DNA from: Dehalococcoidia bacterium
GTDB lineage: Bacteria; Chloroflexota; Dehalococcoidia; Bin125
Direction of reading: 5' to 3'
Length of the DNA: 64,000 nt
NCBI GenBank assembly: GCA_963663895.2
Contig: CAXXRD010000002.1
Location: forward strand, 320,001-384,000
Below the pieces are notes generated by a model that ran no database searches, was not told the origin of the DNA, and worked only from the letters and a program-made list of their open reading frames with translations. Shown piece by piece: positions 18,714-27,602 of this stretch. Numbering within the stretch: position 1 is the stretch's first letter; the number at the start of each line of letters is the position of its first letter. The translations under genes and the position numbers were made by a program.

Positions 18714-21543
18714 GAAGCCGCAGCCCTTCGGGATCGTAGTGCGCGTGATGCTCCATGACACGCACGGGCAGGCGACGGCCGTCGACGAGCCGCACGTCCA
18801 CCATCGTGCCCGCAGCGGCCAGCCGGGGCTCGACAAAGCCGAGGCAGATCGATCGCCCCAGCGTCGGCGACAGGCGGCTCGACGTGATCCGTCCCACGAT
18901 CGCCCGCTCGCCCTCAACGATCTGGCAGCCCTCGTCCGGCACGATCGATTCGTCGGCGGGCTGCAGTCCGACGAGCACCTGCTGATCGTCGCGTTGCGCG
19001 GCCCAGACGAGCTCCGGCTTTCCGATGAAGTCCTCCTTATCCAGCTTCACCAAGGCGCCGACGCCGGCGGCGTAGGCCTGGGTGAGGCCGTCCGTATCCT
19101 GCCCGACGATGAAGTGGCCCTTCTCCAAGCGCATGATGCGCTGGGCTTCGATGCCGAAGGGCGCAACGCCCAGGTCCGCGCCCGTAGCAAGCAACGTTTC
19201 CCAGAGCTGGAGACCGTAGGCGGCAGGCGCATGAATCTCGTAGCTCAACTCGCCGGTGAAGCCGATGCGCCACATGAAGCAGCCCGGAATGCCGGCAACG
19301 GCACCGCTGCGCACACGCATGTATGGAAAGGCCGCCGGATCGAGATCGATCCCATCGACAAGACGCTGCATCAGCGTCCGCGCTTTCGGCCCGGCCACGT
19401 TGATGCTCGCCAAAGCGCTCGTCCGGGGCGTGACGTGGATCCGCCATTGCGGATGCTCGGTTTGGAGGATGTTCTCGATCCAGCGCCACACGGTCTCGGG
19501 ACCCGAGGAGGTCGTCGTCATGATGTAGCAGTCGTCGGCAAGGCGGCCGGTGACGCCGTCGTCCAGGATGACGCCGTCCTGTCCACACATGACGCCGTAG
19601 CGCACGGAGCCCACCGCCAGCTTCATCCATTTGTTGACGTAGAGATAGTTCAGCAGGCGGGCGACATCCGGTCCCCGCAGCTCGAACTTTCCCAGCGGCG
19701 TCACATCGATGATGCCGACGTTCTCCCGAACGTTCCGCACCTCGGCCGCCGGGTCGCCGTAGTGATCGGGCCGGATCCACTGTCCCGCCACGAGCGGCTT
19801 CGCGCCCTGTCGTGCATGCCAGGGTTGCAGGGATGAATAGGCGACCGGCTGGAAGCTGCGCCCCGCGAGCGCCCCCAGCGACACGGGAGCATACGGTGGA
19901 CGCCAGGTCGTCGTGCCCGTCCCGGCGATGTCGCGCCCGGTCGCCTCGGCGTGCACCGCCACGGTGTTGACGAGCTCCAGCTTGCCCTGCGCCGGTCCCA
20001 TCGTCGCGGTCGTGAAGCGCTTGGCCAGCTCGATGGAATCAAAGCCCTCGCGCACGGCGCCGACCACGTCCTTGGAGGAGACATCTTCCGAGTAGTCCAC
20101 GATGCCGTGCGTGCTCGATCGAAACAGGGAGGGCGCCGTGTCGATCGGCAAGGCGGGAAGCGGATCGGGCGGCGTGGTGCGGTCGTCACGCGCCCGGGCG
20201 CGCCGCGCCGCCTCCCCGCCGACGGCACGGGCATGATCGATGATCTGATCGAGCGTTCCGTCGCCCGCGATCCCTCCCGCCGCCAAGAGATCGTCCGGGA
20301 GGTCGCGCGGGAAGAACCGCCCGGCGCGCGGATCGTACGCGGGCCGGACGCCCGCCATGTTGAGCAGCGCCGTGGGTGCGGTCCATCCGACGGCCGTGAC
20401 GAGCAGGTCCGCCTCCACCACCCGCCCTCCCGCCAGCTCGACCTCCCGCAGGCCGCCGCCCCCGCGCGCCGCCACGACATCCTCGCCCCGCCGTGCGTCC
20501 ACGACCGCAGCCAGCTGGACGTCCGCGCGTTCGAGATCGGCGATCGCCCGGTCCCCCTCAGCGTTCGCCGTCAGCACAACGACACGCTCGCCGGGGCGGA
20601 CCGCGTAGAGGTTGATCAAGCGGCGCACGGCGGTCGAGAGCATCACCCCGGGTTTGTCATTGCCGGCGAAGACGTAGGGACGTTCGATCAAGCCGGGTGC
20701 GACCACCAGCACGTCCGCCCGCGCTTTGATGAGGCGCTCGCGGGCATGGGGAAGATCACGCTGCGCCACGGCCACCCAGTTATCGTCGTAGCGGCCGATC
20801 ACGGCGGAGTTCGTTAAGACCTCGATCGAGGGCGCGCCCGCGACGGCGGCACGAAGCTCCGCGAGCCGCGCGAGCTGCGCCGCGTCCCCCCAGCGGAGAT
20901 GGCCGCCGAGCTCGTACTCCTCCTCGACGAGTAACACACGGGCCCCGGCGGCAGCGGCGGCGGCGGCGGCGGCCATCCCGGCGGGGCCGCCGCCTGCGAC
21001 GAGGACATCGGGGTGCGCGTAGCGCTTGTCGTAATAGCCCCCCGCCGCGCTGCGTGGCACTTTGCCTCCGGGAGCGAAGCGACGAAATACCCGCTGGTAG
21101 ACGGGCCACAGCACCCGGGGCGCCATGAACGTCTTGTAGTAAAACCCCGCGGGCAGCAGGCGGCTGATCGCTTGATTGACCGCACCGAGATCATGCCGCA
21201 GCGAGGGCCACGCGTTTTGGGACCGCACTTGCATGCCCGGTTCGACGCGTCGGTGCGCAGCCCGCACATTCGGCTCGCCGTCCACCTGCACGAGACAGCC
21301 GGGGTCACTGAAGTTCGCCGTCAGCAGGCCGCGCGGGCGGTGGTACTTGAAGCTGCGGGAGAAGACGCGCTGCCCGCAAGCGGCCAGGGCGGAAATGATC
21401 GTGTCCCCTTGGTAGGCGGGATAGCGATCCCCATCCCAGCTAAAGGTGAGCTGGCGGCCTCGATCGATCAGCTCGCCCGCCTGCGGTGCGAGCCGCTGGG
21501 TCATGCGGGCAGGGATGGTGGGTGGCGTGCCGGCGCTTGTCAT
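18706..21543 (-). CDS. soxA: Sarcosine-oxidase-type alpha subunit (NMG dehydrogenase subunit C; Fe-S/NAD/GcvT domains)
   Basis: SRSFKYHRPRG, GFYYKTF, GGGPAG, KRFTTATMGPAQGK, DVTPLGK, RIGFTGELSYEI, RLEKG. Confidence 0.93.
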   Translation of the reverse strand: MTSAGTPPTIPARMTQRLAPQAGELIDRGRQLTFSWDGDRYPAYQGDTIISALAACGQRVFSRSFKYHRPRGLLTANFSDPGCLVQVDGEPNVRAAHRRVEPGMQVRSQNAWPSLRHDLGAVNQAISRLLPAGFYYKTFMAPRVLWPVYQRVFRRFAPGGKVPRSAAGGYYDKRYAHPDVLVAGGGPAGMAAAAAAAAAGARVLLVEEEYELGGHLRWGDAAQLARLAELRAAVAGAPSIEVLTNSAVIGRYDDNWVAVAQRDLPHARERLIKARADVLVVAPGLIERPYVFAGNDKPGVMLSTAVRRLINLYAVRPGERVVVLTANAEGDRAIADLERADVQLAAVVDARRGEDVVAARGGGGLREVELAGGRVVEADLLVTAVGWTAPTALLNMAGVRPAYDPRAGRFFPRDLPDDLLAAGGIAGDGTLDQIIDHARAVGGEAARRARARDDRTTPPDPLPALPIDTAPSLFRSSTHGIVDYSEDVSSKDVVGAVREGFDSIELAKRFTTATMGPAQGKLELVNTVAVHAEATGRDIAGTGTTTWRPPYAPVSLGALAGRSFQPVAYSSLQPWHARQGAKPLVAGQWIRPDHYGDPAAEVRNVRENVGIIDVTPLGKFELRGPDVARLLNYLYVNKWMKLAVGSVRYGVMCGQDGVILDDGVTGRLADDCYIMTTTSSGPETVWRWIENILQTEHPQWRIHVTPRTSALASINVAGPKARTLMQRLVDGIDLDPAAFPYMRVRSGAVAGIPGCFMWRIGFTGELSYEIHAPAAYGLQLWETLLATGADLGVAPFGIEAQRIMRLEKGHFIVGQDTDGLTQAYAAGVGALVKLDKEDFIGKPELVWAAQRDDQQVLVGLQPADESIVPDEGCQIVEGERAIVGRITSSRLSPTLGRSICLGFVEPRLAAAGTMVDVRLVDGRRLPVRVMEHHAHYDPEGLRLRV

Positions 21544-21815
21544 GGCGCGCCGCGATCGGCCGGGCGCGGAGGGAGAGCGGCTGCTCGAATCTCGTTCGTG
21601 CGGGTGTCACGCTCGACCATGAAGTAGCGCCGACAGCCGGATTGGTGATACCACCACTCGCTTGCCAAGCCGGCCGGGTTCGTCCGCATGTAGAGATAGC
21701 GCCGCCAAACGGCGGGCGGCGCGGCGTTGGGATCGGGCGTGCGGAGAACCGCGTCCGCGTAGGCGAACTCGGAGGCGTTGCGGGGCCCGCAATGCACGCA
21801 AGGGATCAAGAGCAT
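21540..21815 (-). CDS. soxD: Sarcosine-oxidase-type delta subunit (NMG dehydrogenase subunit B)
   Basis: MLLIPCVHCGPR..EF, YLYMRTNPAG, EWWYHQSGCRRY, RDTRTNEI. Confidence 0.92.
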   Translation of the reverse strand: MLLIPCVHCGPRNASEFAYADAVLRTPDPNAAPPAVWRRYLYMRTNPAGLASEWWYHQSGCRRYFMVERDTRTNEIRAAALPPRPADRGAP

Positions 21816-21828
21816 GAATGCATCTCCA

Positions 21829-23108
21829 TCAGTGTCCCACAGCAGCGGCGCCTTTCTCCCCCACGAGGCGCCCATCCCCGAATCGTGCCAGGTCGAAGGT
21901 CTCGATGATGGCCGGCGTCTCTCCGGTCGCCACGAGCTGCGCCATCGCCTCACCGGAGACGGGACCCGCCTTGAATCCATAGGTCCCCCAACCGACATCG
22001 ACGTGGAACCCCTCGACGGGCGTCTTGCCGAGGATCGGCGAGAAGTCGGGGGTCATATCACAGAGGCCGGCCCACTGCCGCAGCACGCGCAGCGCCGCCA
22101 GGGAGGGGAAGAGCTCCAATACATGCGCCGCCACCTCCTCCGTGAACTCGAGGCTCCCGCGAGTCGAGTAGGCGGGATAGGGGTCGACACTGGCGCCGAG
22201 GACCAGTTCGCCGCGCGCCGTCTGGCTCACATAGACGTGCAGGGTGCCGGACACGATCACAGGATCCAGAAAGAACTTGACGGGCTCGGTCACGGCCGCT
22301 TGGAGCGGGAAGGTGGTGATCGGCAACTCGACGCCCGCCATCGCCGCCACGGTGCTCGACCAACCGGCCGTGCAGTTGATCACGACCGGCGTGGCGATCG
22401 GCCCGCGGCTGGTGGCGACCCCGCGCACGCGACCGCCCTCGACTTCGATGCCGAGCAGGGTGGTCCCTTGATGGATATGGACGCCGTGCGCGTCCGCGCC
22501 CCTGGCGTAGCCCCAGACAACGGCGTCGTGCCGCACAATCCCGCCGGGGGGTGATAGAGAGCCCCCAGGATGGGAAAGCGCGTCGCCTCCGAGAGGTCCA
22601 GATACGGCGCCAGCTCTTTGATCTCCGCAGGACCGATCACTTCCGAATCGACGCCCTCCAGCTTGTTGACCTCCGCCCGCCAGCGCATGGTCCGCAGCGA
22701 GGCATCGTTGTGCGCAAGCGTGAGATGACCGCGCTGCTCGAACATCACGTTGAAATTGAGCTCGGCAGCGAGCCGCTGGTACAGGGTGAGAGAGCGGTTG
22801 TAGAAGCGCACGCCCTCCGACGTGAGGTAGTTCGAGCGGATGATCGCCGTGTTGCGGCCCGAGGCGCCGCCGCCGATGTAGCTCTTCTCCAGCACGGCAA
22901 CGTTGCGGATACCGTGCTTGGCGGCGAGGTAGTAGGCGGTCGCGAGGCCGTGGACGCCGCCCCCGATGATCACCACGTCGTAGTTGGGGGCCAGATCGTG
23001 GTGGGTCCATGCGGGCGGCCAGTCACGGCCGGTCAAGCCGTGGCGCAACAGGCTCAGGGCCGAGTAGTGCGCCGCCGGCCGCCGACCGCCGCTCAGTAGC
23101 CGCCGCAT
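21829..23108 (-). CDS. soxB: Sarcosine-oxidase-type beta subunit (NMG dehydrogenase subunit A, FAD), -1 frameshift in G6 run at 22546-22551
   Basis: ORF 22380..23108 gives IGGGVHGLATAYYLA, GRNTAIIRSNY; ORF 21829..23010 gives GGIVRHDAVVWGYA, DMTPDFSPI, GWGTYGFKA; one extra G restores LYHPPGGIVRH. Confidence 0.9.
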
Positions 23109-23174
23109 TCCGCCGACCTCAAATCAGGACCGTGCTGCCGCATACGCTGCATGGCGGAGACGTAGTCCCTCTCG

Positions 23175-24533
23175 CTAGAACAACGTCAGATACTTCTCGA
23201 TCTCCCAAGCGCTCACGGCTTGATGGTACTCACGAAACTCCGCTCGCTTCGTCTCGATGTAGTAGTCGGCGTACCAGCCGCCGGGCACCTCTCCCAAGGC
23301 GGTGCGAAGCACGTCATCCCTCGCCAAGGAATCGACCGCATCCACCAGGGTTTGTGGAACCGTTCTGATCCCGCGCGCGGCCACTGCCTCGGGCGTCAGG
23401 GCGAAAAGATTGTCGCGATTGGGATCACCCGGGTCCAGTCCGCGATCGATCCCATCAAGGCCTGCGGCCAGTATGCCCGTTAAGGCCAGGTAAGGGTTCG
23501 CCGATCCATCGACGCCGCGATGCTCGACACGGTCCGCCTCCGGCACCCGCAGCATCTGGGTGCGGTTGTTGCCGCCGTAGGTCGCATAGGCCGGCGCCCA
23601 CGTTGCCCCCGAGGCGGGCGGCCCGACGCCGATCCGCTTATAGGAGTTGACCGTCGGCGCCGTGAGCGCGACGAGGCCGGGCGCGTGGTCGAGGATCCCG
23701 GCGATGAATTGGTAGGCGAGCGCCGACAGTCCCAGACCGCGGGCGTCGCCCGTTTCGTGGAAGAGCGGCCTACCGCCATCGTCCCAGAGACTGGCATGCA
23801 CGTGCATGCCGTTGCCGGTCAGGTGCGCGAACGGCTTCGGCATGAAGGTCGCCGCCAACCCGGCTTCCTGGGCCAGCGTGTGCACCATGTAGCGGAAAAA
23901 GATCACGCGGTCGGCCGTGGTCAGGGCGTCGGCGTAGGTGAAATTCTGCTCGAATTGACCGTTGGCGTCTTCGTGGTCGTTGGCGTAGTTGGCCCACCCC
24001 AAGCGATTGAGGTAGGTGGAAACGGTCGTGAGGTGGTCGTACATGCGCGTCAGGCCCTTGGCGTCGTAGCAGGGCTGCGCGGCGGTATCGAGCGGATCGG
24101 CGGGCTCGATCCCGCCTTCGTCCGTGCGTTTGACAAGAAAATATTCGACTTCGGCGCCACAGTTGAAGATCATCCCGCGCTCGGCCAAGCGTGCCAGTTG
24201 GCGCTTCAGGATCAGGCGCGGCGCGTAGGGCCACGGCTCGCCCTCAACGTGGATGTCGCAGTGCAGGACGGCCAGCCCCGGTCGAAACAGCACCGGCGTG
24301 TACGAGGCCGGATCCGGGATCGCTATCATGTCCGGATCAGCGGGCGTCTGTCCCATCGGTCCCGCAGCGAACCCCGCGAAGCCCGCGCCCTCCTCCATCA
24401 AGGTGTCGAACGAGGCGGCGGGGACGAGCTTGGCACAGGGCTTGCCATGCATATCGACGAACATCGCGAAGAAGAACTCGATGCCGTCCCGTTCCGCCTG
24501 TTTTCGTAGCTGCGCGTGATCGTCGTTAGCCAT
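23175..24533 (-). CDS. gmaS: Type III glutamine synthetase-like / gamma-glutamylmethylamide synthetase
   Basis: KLVPA, GAGFAGFA, QPCYD, DHEDANGQFE, FMPKPF, GNGMH, GATWAP, GNNRT; context between mgsABC and soxBDAG. Confidence 0.88.
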   Translation of the reverse strand: MANDDHAQLRKQAERDGIEFFFAMFVDMHGKPCAKLVPAASFDTLMEEGAGFAGFAAGPMGQTPADPDMIAIPDPASYTPVLFRPGLAVLHCDIHVEGEPWPYAPRLILKRQLARLAERGMIFNCGAEVEYFLVKRTDEGGIEPADPLDTAAQPCYDAKGLTRMYDHLTTVSTYLNRLGWANYANDHEDANGQFEQNFTYADALTTADRVIFFRYMVHTLAQEAGLAATFMPKPFAHLTGNGMHVHASLWDDGGRPLFHETGDARGLGLSALAYQFIAGILDHAPGLVALTAPTVNSYKRIGVGPPASGATWAPAYATYGGNNRTQMLRVPEADRVEHRGVDGSANPYLALTGILAAGLDGIDRGLDPGDPNRDNLFALTPEAVAARGIRTVPQTLVDAVDSLARDDVLRTALGEVPGGWYADYYIETKRAEFREYHQAVSAWEIEKYLTLF

Positions 24534-24649
24534 CGGGGTCCTCCGGGCGCTGCGCCGTGCTGACGGCTGTTCAGGATAGGCCGCCTGGGAAGCGGCTGAC
24601 TGCTAGCGGGGAAGCGCTCTCGCTACTATGGACGGAGTGGAGGAAGGTC
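24534..24649. promoter_or_regulatory. Divergent promoter region gmaS / mgsABC
   Basis: 116-bp gap between divergent starts; TACTAT -10-like box at 24624-24629 and ggagg SD before mgsA. Confidence 0.5.
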
Positions 24650-25534
24650 ATGTGCGGCATCGTCGGGCTTCATTGCAAGAGCCCGGAGCTCCATTCCCAA
24701 CTGGGCGTACTCCTGAGCCAGATGCTCCTCGCCATGAGCGAGCGCGGGCCGGACTCGGCCGGCATCGCCCTCTACGAGGAAGGGCTGCCGACGGGGAGCC
24801 TACGCTATTCGCTGCGAGCGCCGGGACCCGGCTACGATTGGGAGGGCACGAGCGAACGGCTGGGCGAGGAGGCCGTGATCCATCCCGTAGCCGATGACGC
24901 GGTCCTTACCGCGACCGGCAGCCCCGCTGCCGTCCTGGAGAAGCTGGCCGCGCAAGCGCCCGACCTCCGTGTGTTCGCGTACGGCAGCGCCATGGAGGTG
25001 TACAAGGACATCGGCGCGCCTGTGGATATTCTGGAGCGCTACGGCATCGCCCAACGTTCCGGCTATCAAGGGCTGGGGCACACGCGCATGGCCACGGAAT
25101 CAGCGGTCACCACCGATCACTCGCACCCCTTCGCAACCGCCGCCGATCTCTGCTTGGTTCACAACGGCAGCTTCTCCAACCACGCAACAATCCGCCGGCG
25201 CCTGGAGGACGCGGGCGTCCGCTGCAGCACCGACAACGACTCGGAAGTGGCGGCGCGTTTCATCGCCTACCACATGCAGCACGGTGATGATCTGCAAGCG
25301 GCGCTCGGCAAGGTACTGGTGGAGTTCGACGGGTTCTTCACGTTGCTGGTGGCGTCGCGGAATCAGTTCGCCGTCGTCCGGGACGCGTTCGCCTGCAAGC
25401 CCGCGGTGATCGCGGAAGCGCCGGATTTCGTGGCGATGGCCTCCGAGTATCGAGCGCTCGCCCGATTGCCGGGTATTCAAGAAGCCGACATCTTCGAGCC
25501 CGGGCCCGAGGAGATCCACGTATGGTCACGCTGA
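24650..25534 (+). CDS. mgsA: N-methylglutamate synthase subunit A (class II glutamine amidotransferase)
   Basis: MCGIVG N-terminal Cys, RGPDSAG, GHTRMATES, HNGSFSNH, DSEV, ACKPAV. Confidence 0.9.
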   Translation: MCGIVGLHCKSPELHSQLGVLLSQMLLAMSERGPDSAGIALYEEGLPTGSLRYSLRAPGPGYDWEGTSERLGEEAVIHPVADDAVLTATGSPAAVLEKLAAQAPDLRVFAYGSAMEVYKDIGAPVDILERYGIAQRSGYQGLGHTRMATESAVTTDHSHPFATAADLCLVHNGSFSNHATIRRRLEDAGVRCSTDNDSEVAARFIAYHMQHGDDLQAALGKVLVEFDGFFTLLVASRNQFAVVRDAFACKPAVIAEAPDFVAMASEYRALARLPGIQEADIFEPGPEEIHVWSR

Positions 25535-26199
25535 GCTGCGCGGAGTTCAGTACGCGCGCGATTAATCGCGCGCTTGCGGAGCTGCCGGACGGATCGAGAG
25601 TTTCGATCACCGAGCCCCAGGGCAGGCACAACCTCGCCGTGGGCCTGCGCAACCAGATCACGATCACGATCGCCGGCAACGCGGGATATTTCATCGGGGG
25701 GCTGGGCGACGGGCCGTCGATCGTCGTCAACGGTTTCGTCGGCTGGTCCGTGGGTGAAAACTTGATGAGTGGAACGGTGCGGGTGCGCGGCAATGCCTCA
25801 GAGAGCGCGGGGGCATCGAGCCACGGAGGATTGGTCATCGTCGACGGCGACGCCTCCTCGCGCGCCGGGATTTCCTTGAAAGGGGGCACGCTTGTGGTTG
25901 CGGGGGACGCCGGGCACATGAGCGGATTCATGGCGCAGGCAGGCACGATCTTGATCGGCGGCGATGCCGGCGCAGGGCTGGGCGATTCCCTCTATGAGGC
26001 AGTGATCTACGTCGGTGGGGCCATCCGATCCCTCGGAGCGGATGCCCGGGTGGAAGAGCTGACGGAAAGCGACGTTCAACGCGTGCGACAGCTGATCCAA
26101 GAGACCGGTTTCGATCACATCGATCCCCAGAACGTGCAACGCGTGGCCTCGGCGCGCGCGTTCTACCACTTCAAGGCCGTAGCCGGACACGCGTACTGA
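25522..26199 (+). CDS. mgsB: N-methylglutamate synthase subunit B (GXGXG/GltB3 domain)
   Basis: GRHNLAVGL, ENLMSG, RAGISLKGG, GHMSGFMAQAG, LGDSLYE. Confidence 0.9.
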   Translation: MVTLSCAEFSTRAINRALAELPDGSRVSITEPQGRHNLAVGLRNQITITIAGNAGYFIGGLGDGPSIVVNGFVGWSVGENLMSGTVRVRGNASESAGASSHGGLVIVDGDASSRAGISLKGGTLVVAGDAGHMSGFMAQAGTILIGGDAGAGLGDSLYEAVIYVGGAIRSLGADARVEELTESDVQRVRQLIQETGFDHIDPQNVQRVASARAFYHFKAVAGHAY

Positions 26200-27575
26200 T
26201 GGCCCGCCCCTTGGACGAACCGCGCCTCCCCTACGACGCCAAGCGCCACAGTCACACGTTTCCGCCGGAGGCGATCGCGCAGATCACCCGGATGGCCGAA
26301 GTGGGCCGCTACGAGATCCGGGGTGGGGGCAGCAAGCGCCCGCTGCCCACATTCGACGATCTGGTCCTGCTGACGGCGTCCGCGTCGCGGTATCCGTTGG
26401 AGGGTTACCGCGAGCGCTGCGAGACGCGGACCGTGCTGGGGGCGCGGGCGGCGGCCAAGCCGATCACGATCGAGATCCCGATCACGATCGCCGGCATGAG
26501 CTTCGGCGCACTCTCCGCCAACGCGAAAGAGGCGTTGGGGCGCGGCGCCAGCGAAGTCGGAACATCGACGACGACCGGCGACGGGGGCATGACGGCGGAA
26601 GAACGGCGTGCATCCAAGCTCCTCGTCTACCAATTGCTGCCCTCACGCTACGGGTTCAACCCCGCCGACCTGCAGCAGGCCGACGCGGTCGAGGTGGTGA
26701 TCGGGCAGGGCGCGAAGCCGGGCGGCGGCGGCATGTTGCTGGGCCAGAAGGTGAGTGACCGCGTCGCGGAGATGCGGACGCTCCCCGCCGGCATCGACCA
26801 GCGATCGGCGAGCCGGCATCCCGATTGGACCGGGCCCGACGATCTGCGTATCAAGATCGAGGAGCTGCGCGAGGCCACAGGCTGGCAGATCCCGATCTAC
26901 GTGAAGATCGGGGCGACGCGCACGAACAACGACGTCAAGCTCGCCGTCGCCGCCGGCGCGGACGTGGTCGTGGTGGACGGGATGCAAGGCGGCACGGCCG
27001 CGACGCAGGACGTCTTCATCGAGCATGCGGGGATCCCCACGCTTCCCGCGGTGCGTCTGGCCGCGGAGGCGCTGCGGGAGATCGGAAAGCAGGACGAGGT
27101 GCAGCTGATCGTGTCCGGGGGCATCCGGTCGGGCGCGGACGTCGCCAAGGCCTTGGCGCTCGGCGCCGACGCCGTCTCGATCGGCACGGCCGTCCTGATC
27201 GCGCTGGGCTGCAACAGCCGCACCTATTTCCAAGATGGGCGCGAGATCGACGCCACGGCGGACTATCACGCCCTCGGCACCGAGCCGGGCTACTGTCACC
27301 ACATGGAGTCGGGCCGCTGCCCGGTGGGCATCGCCACGCAGGATCCGGCGCTCGAGCGCCGCTTGGATCCGGGCTGGGGCGGCCGCCGCGTCGCCAACTA
27401 CCTCCGGGCGCTGACGATGGAGCTGACGGCGCTCGCCCGGGCCTGCGGCAAGTCCAACGTCCACCATCTCGAGCCGGAAGACCTCGCTGCTCTCACGATC
27501 GAAGCCGCCGCCATGGCCCGCGTCCCCTTGGCCGGCACGAACTGGATCCCTGGATCGGACGCGCCCGGGCCCTAA
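26199..27575 (+). CDS. mgsC: N-methylglutamate synthase subunit C (FMN-binding glutamate synthase family)
   Basis: SRYPLEGYRE, AGMSFGALS, TTTGDGGM, GQGAKPGGGG, RHPDWTGPDDL, DGMQGGTAAT, SGGIR. Confidence 0.92.
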   Translation: MARPLDEPRLPYDAKRHSHTFPPEAIAQITRMAEVGRYEIRGGGSKRPLPTFDDLVLLTASASRYPLEGYRERCETRTVLGARAAAKPITIEIPITIAGMSFGALSANAKEALGRGASEVGTSTTTGDGGMTAEERRASKLLVYQLLPSRYGFNPADLQQADAVEVVIGQGAKPGGGGMLLGQKVSDRVAEMRTLPAGIDQRSASRHPDWTGPDDLRIKIEELREATGWQIPIYVKIGATRTNNDVKLAVAAGADVVVVDGMQGGTAATQDVFIEHAGIPTLPAVRLAAEALREIGKQDEVQLIVSGGIRSGADVAKALALGADAVSIGTAVLIALGCNSRTYFQDGREIDATADYHALGTEPGYCHHMESGRCPVGIATQDPALERRLDPGWGGRRVANYLRALTMELTALARACGKSNVHHLEPEDLAALTIEAAAMARVPLAGTNWIPGSDAPGP

Positions 27576-27602
27576 GCCGAGCATTCCAACGGTCGCAGTG
27601 CC

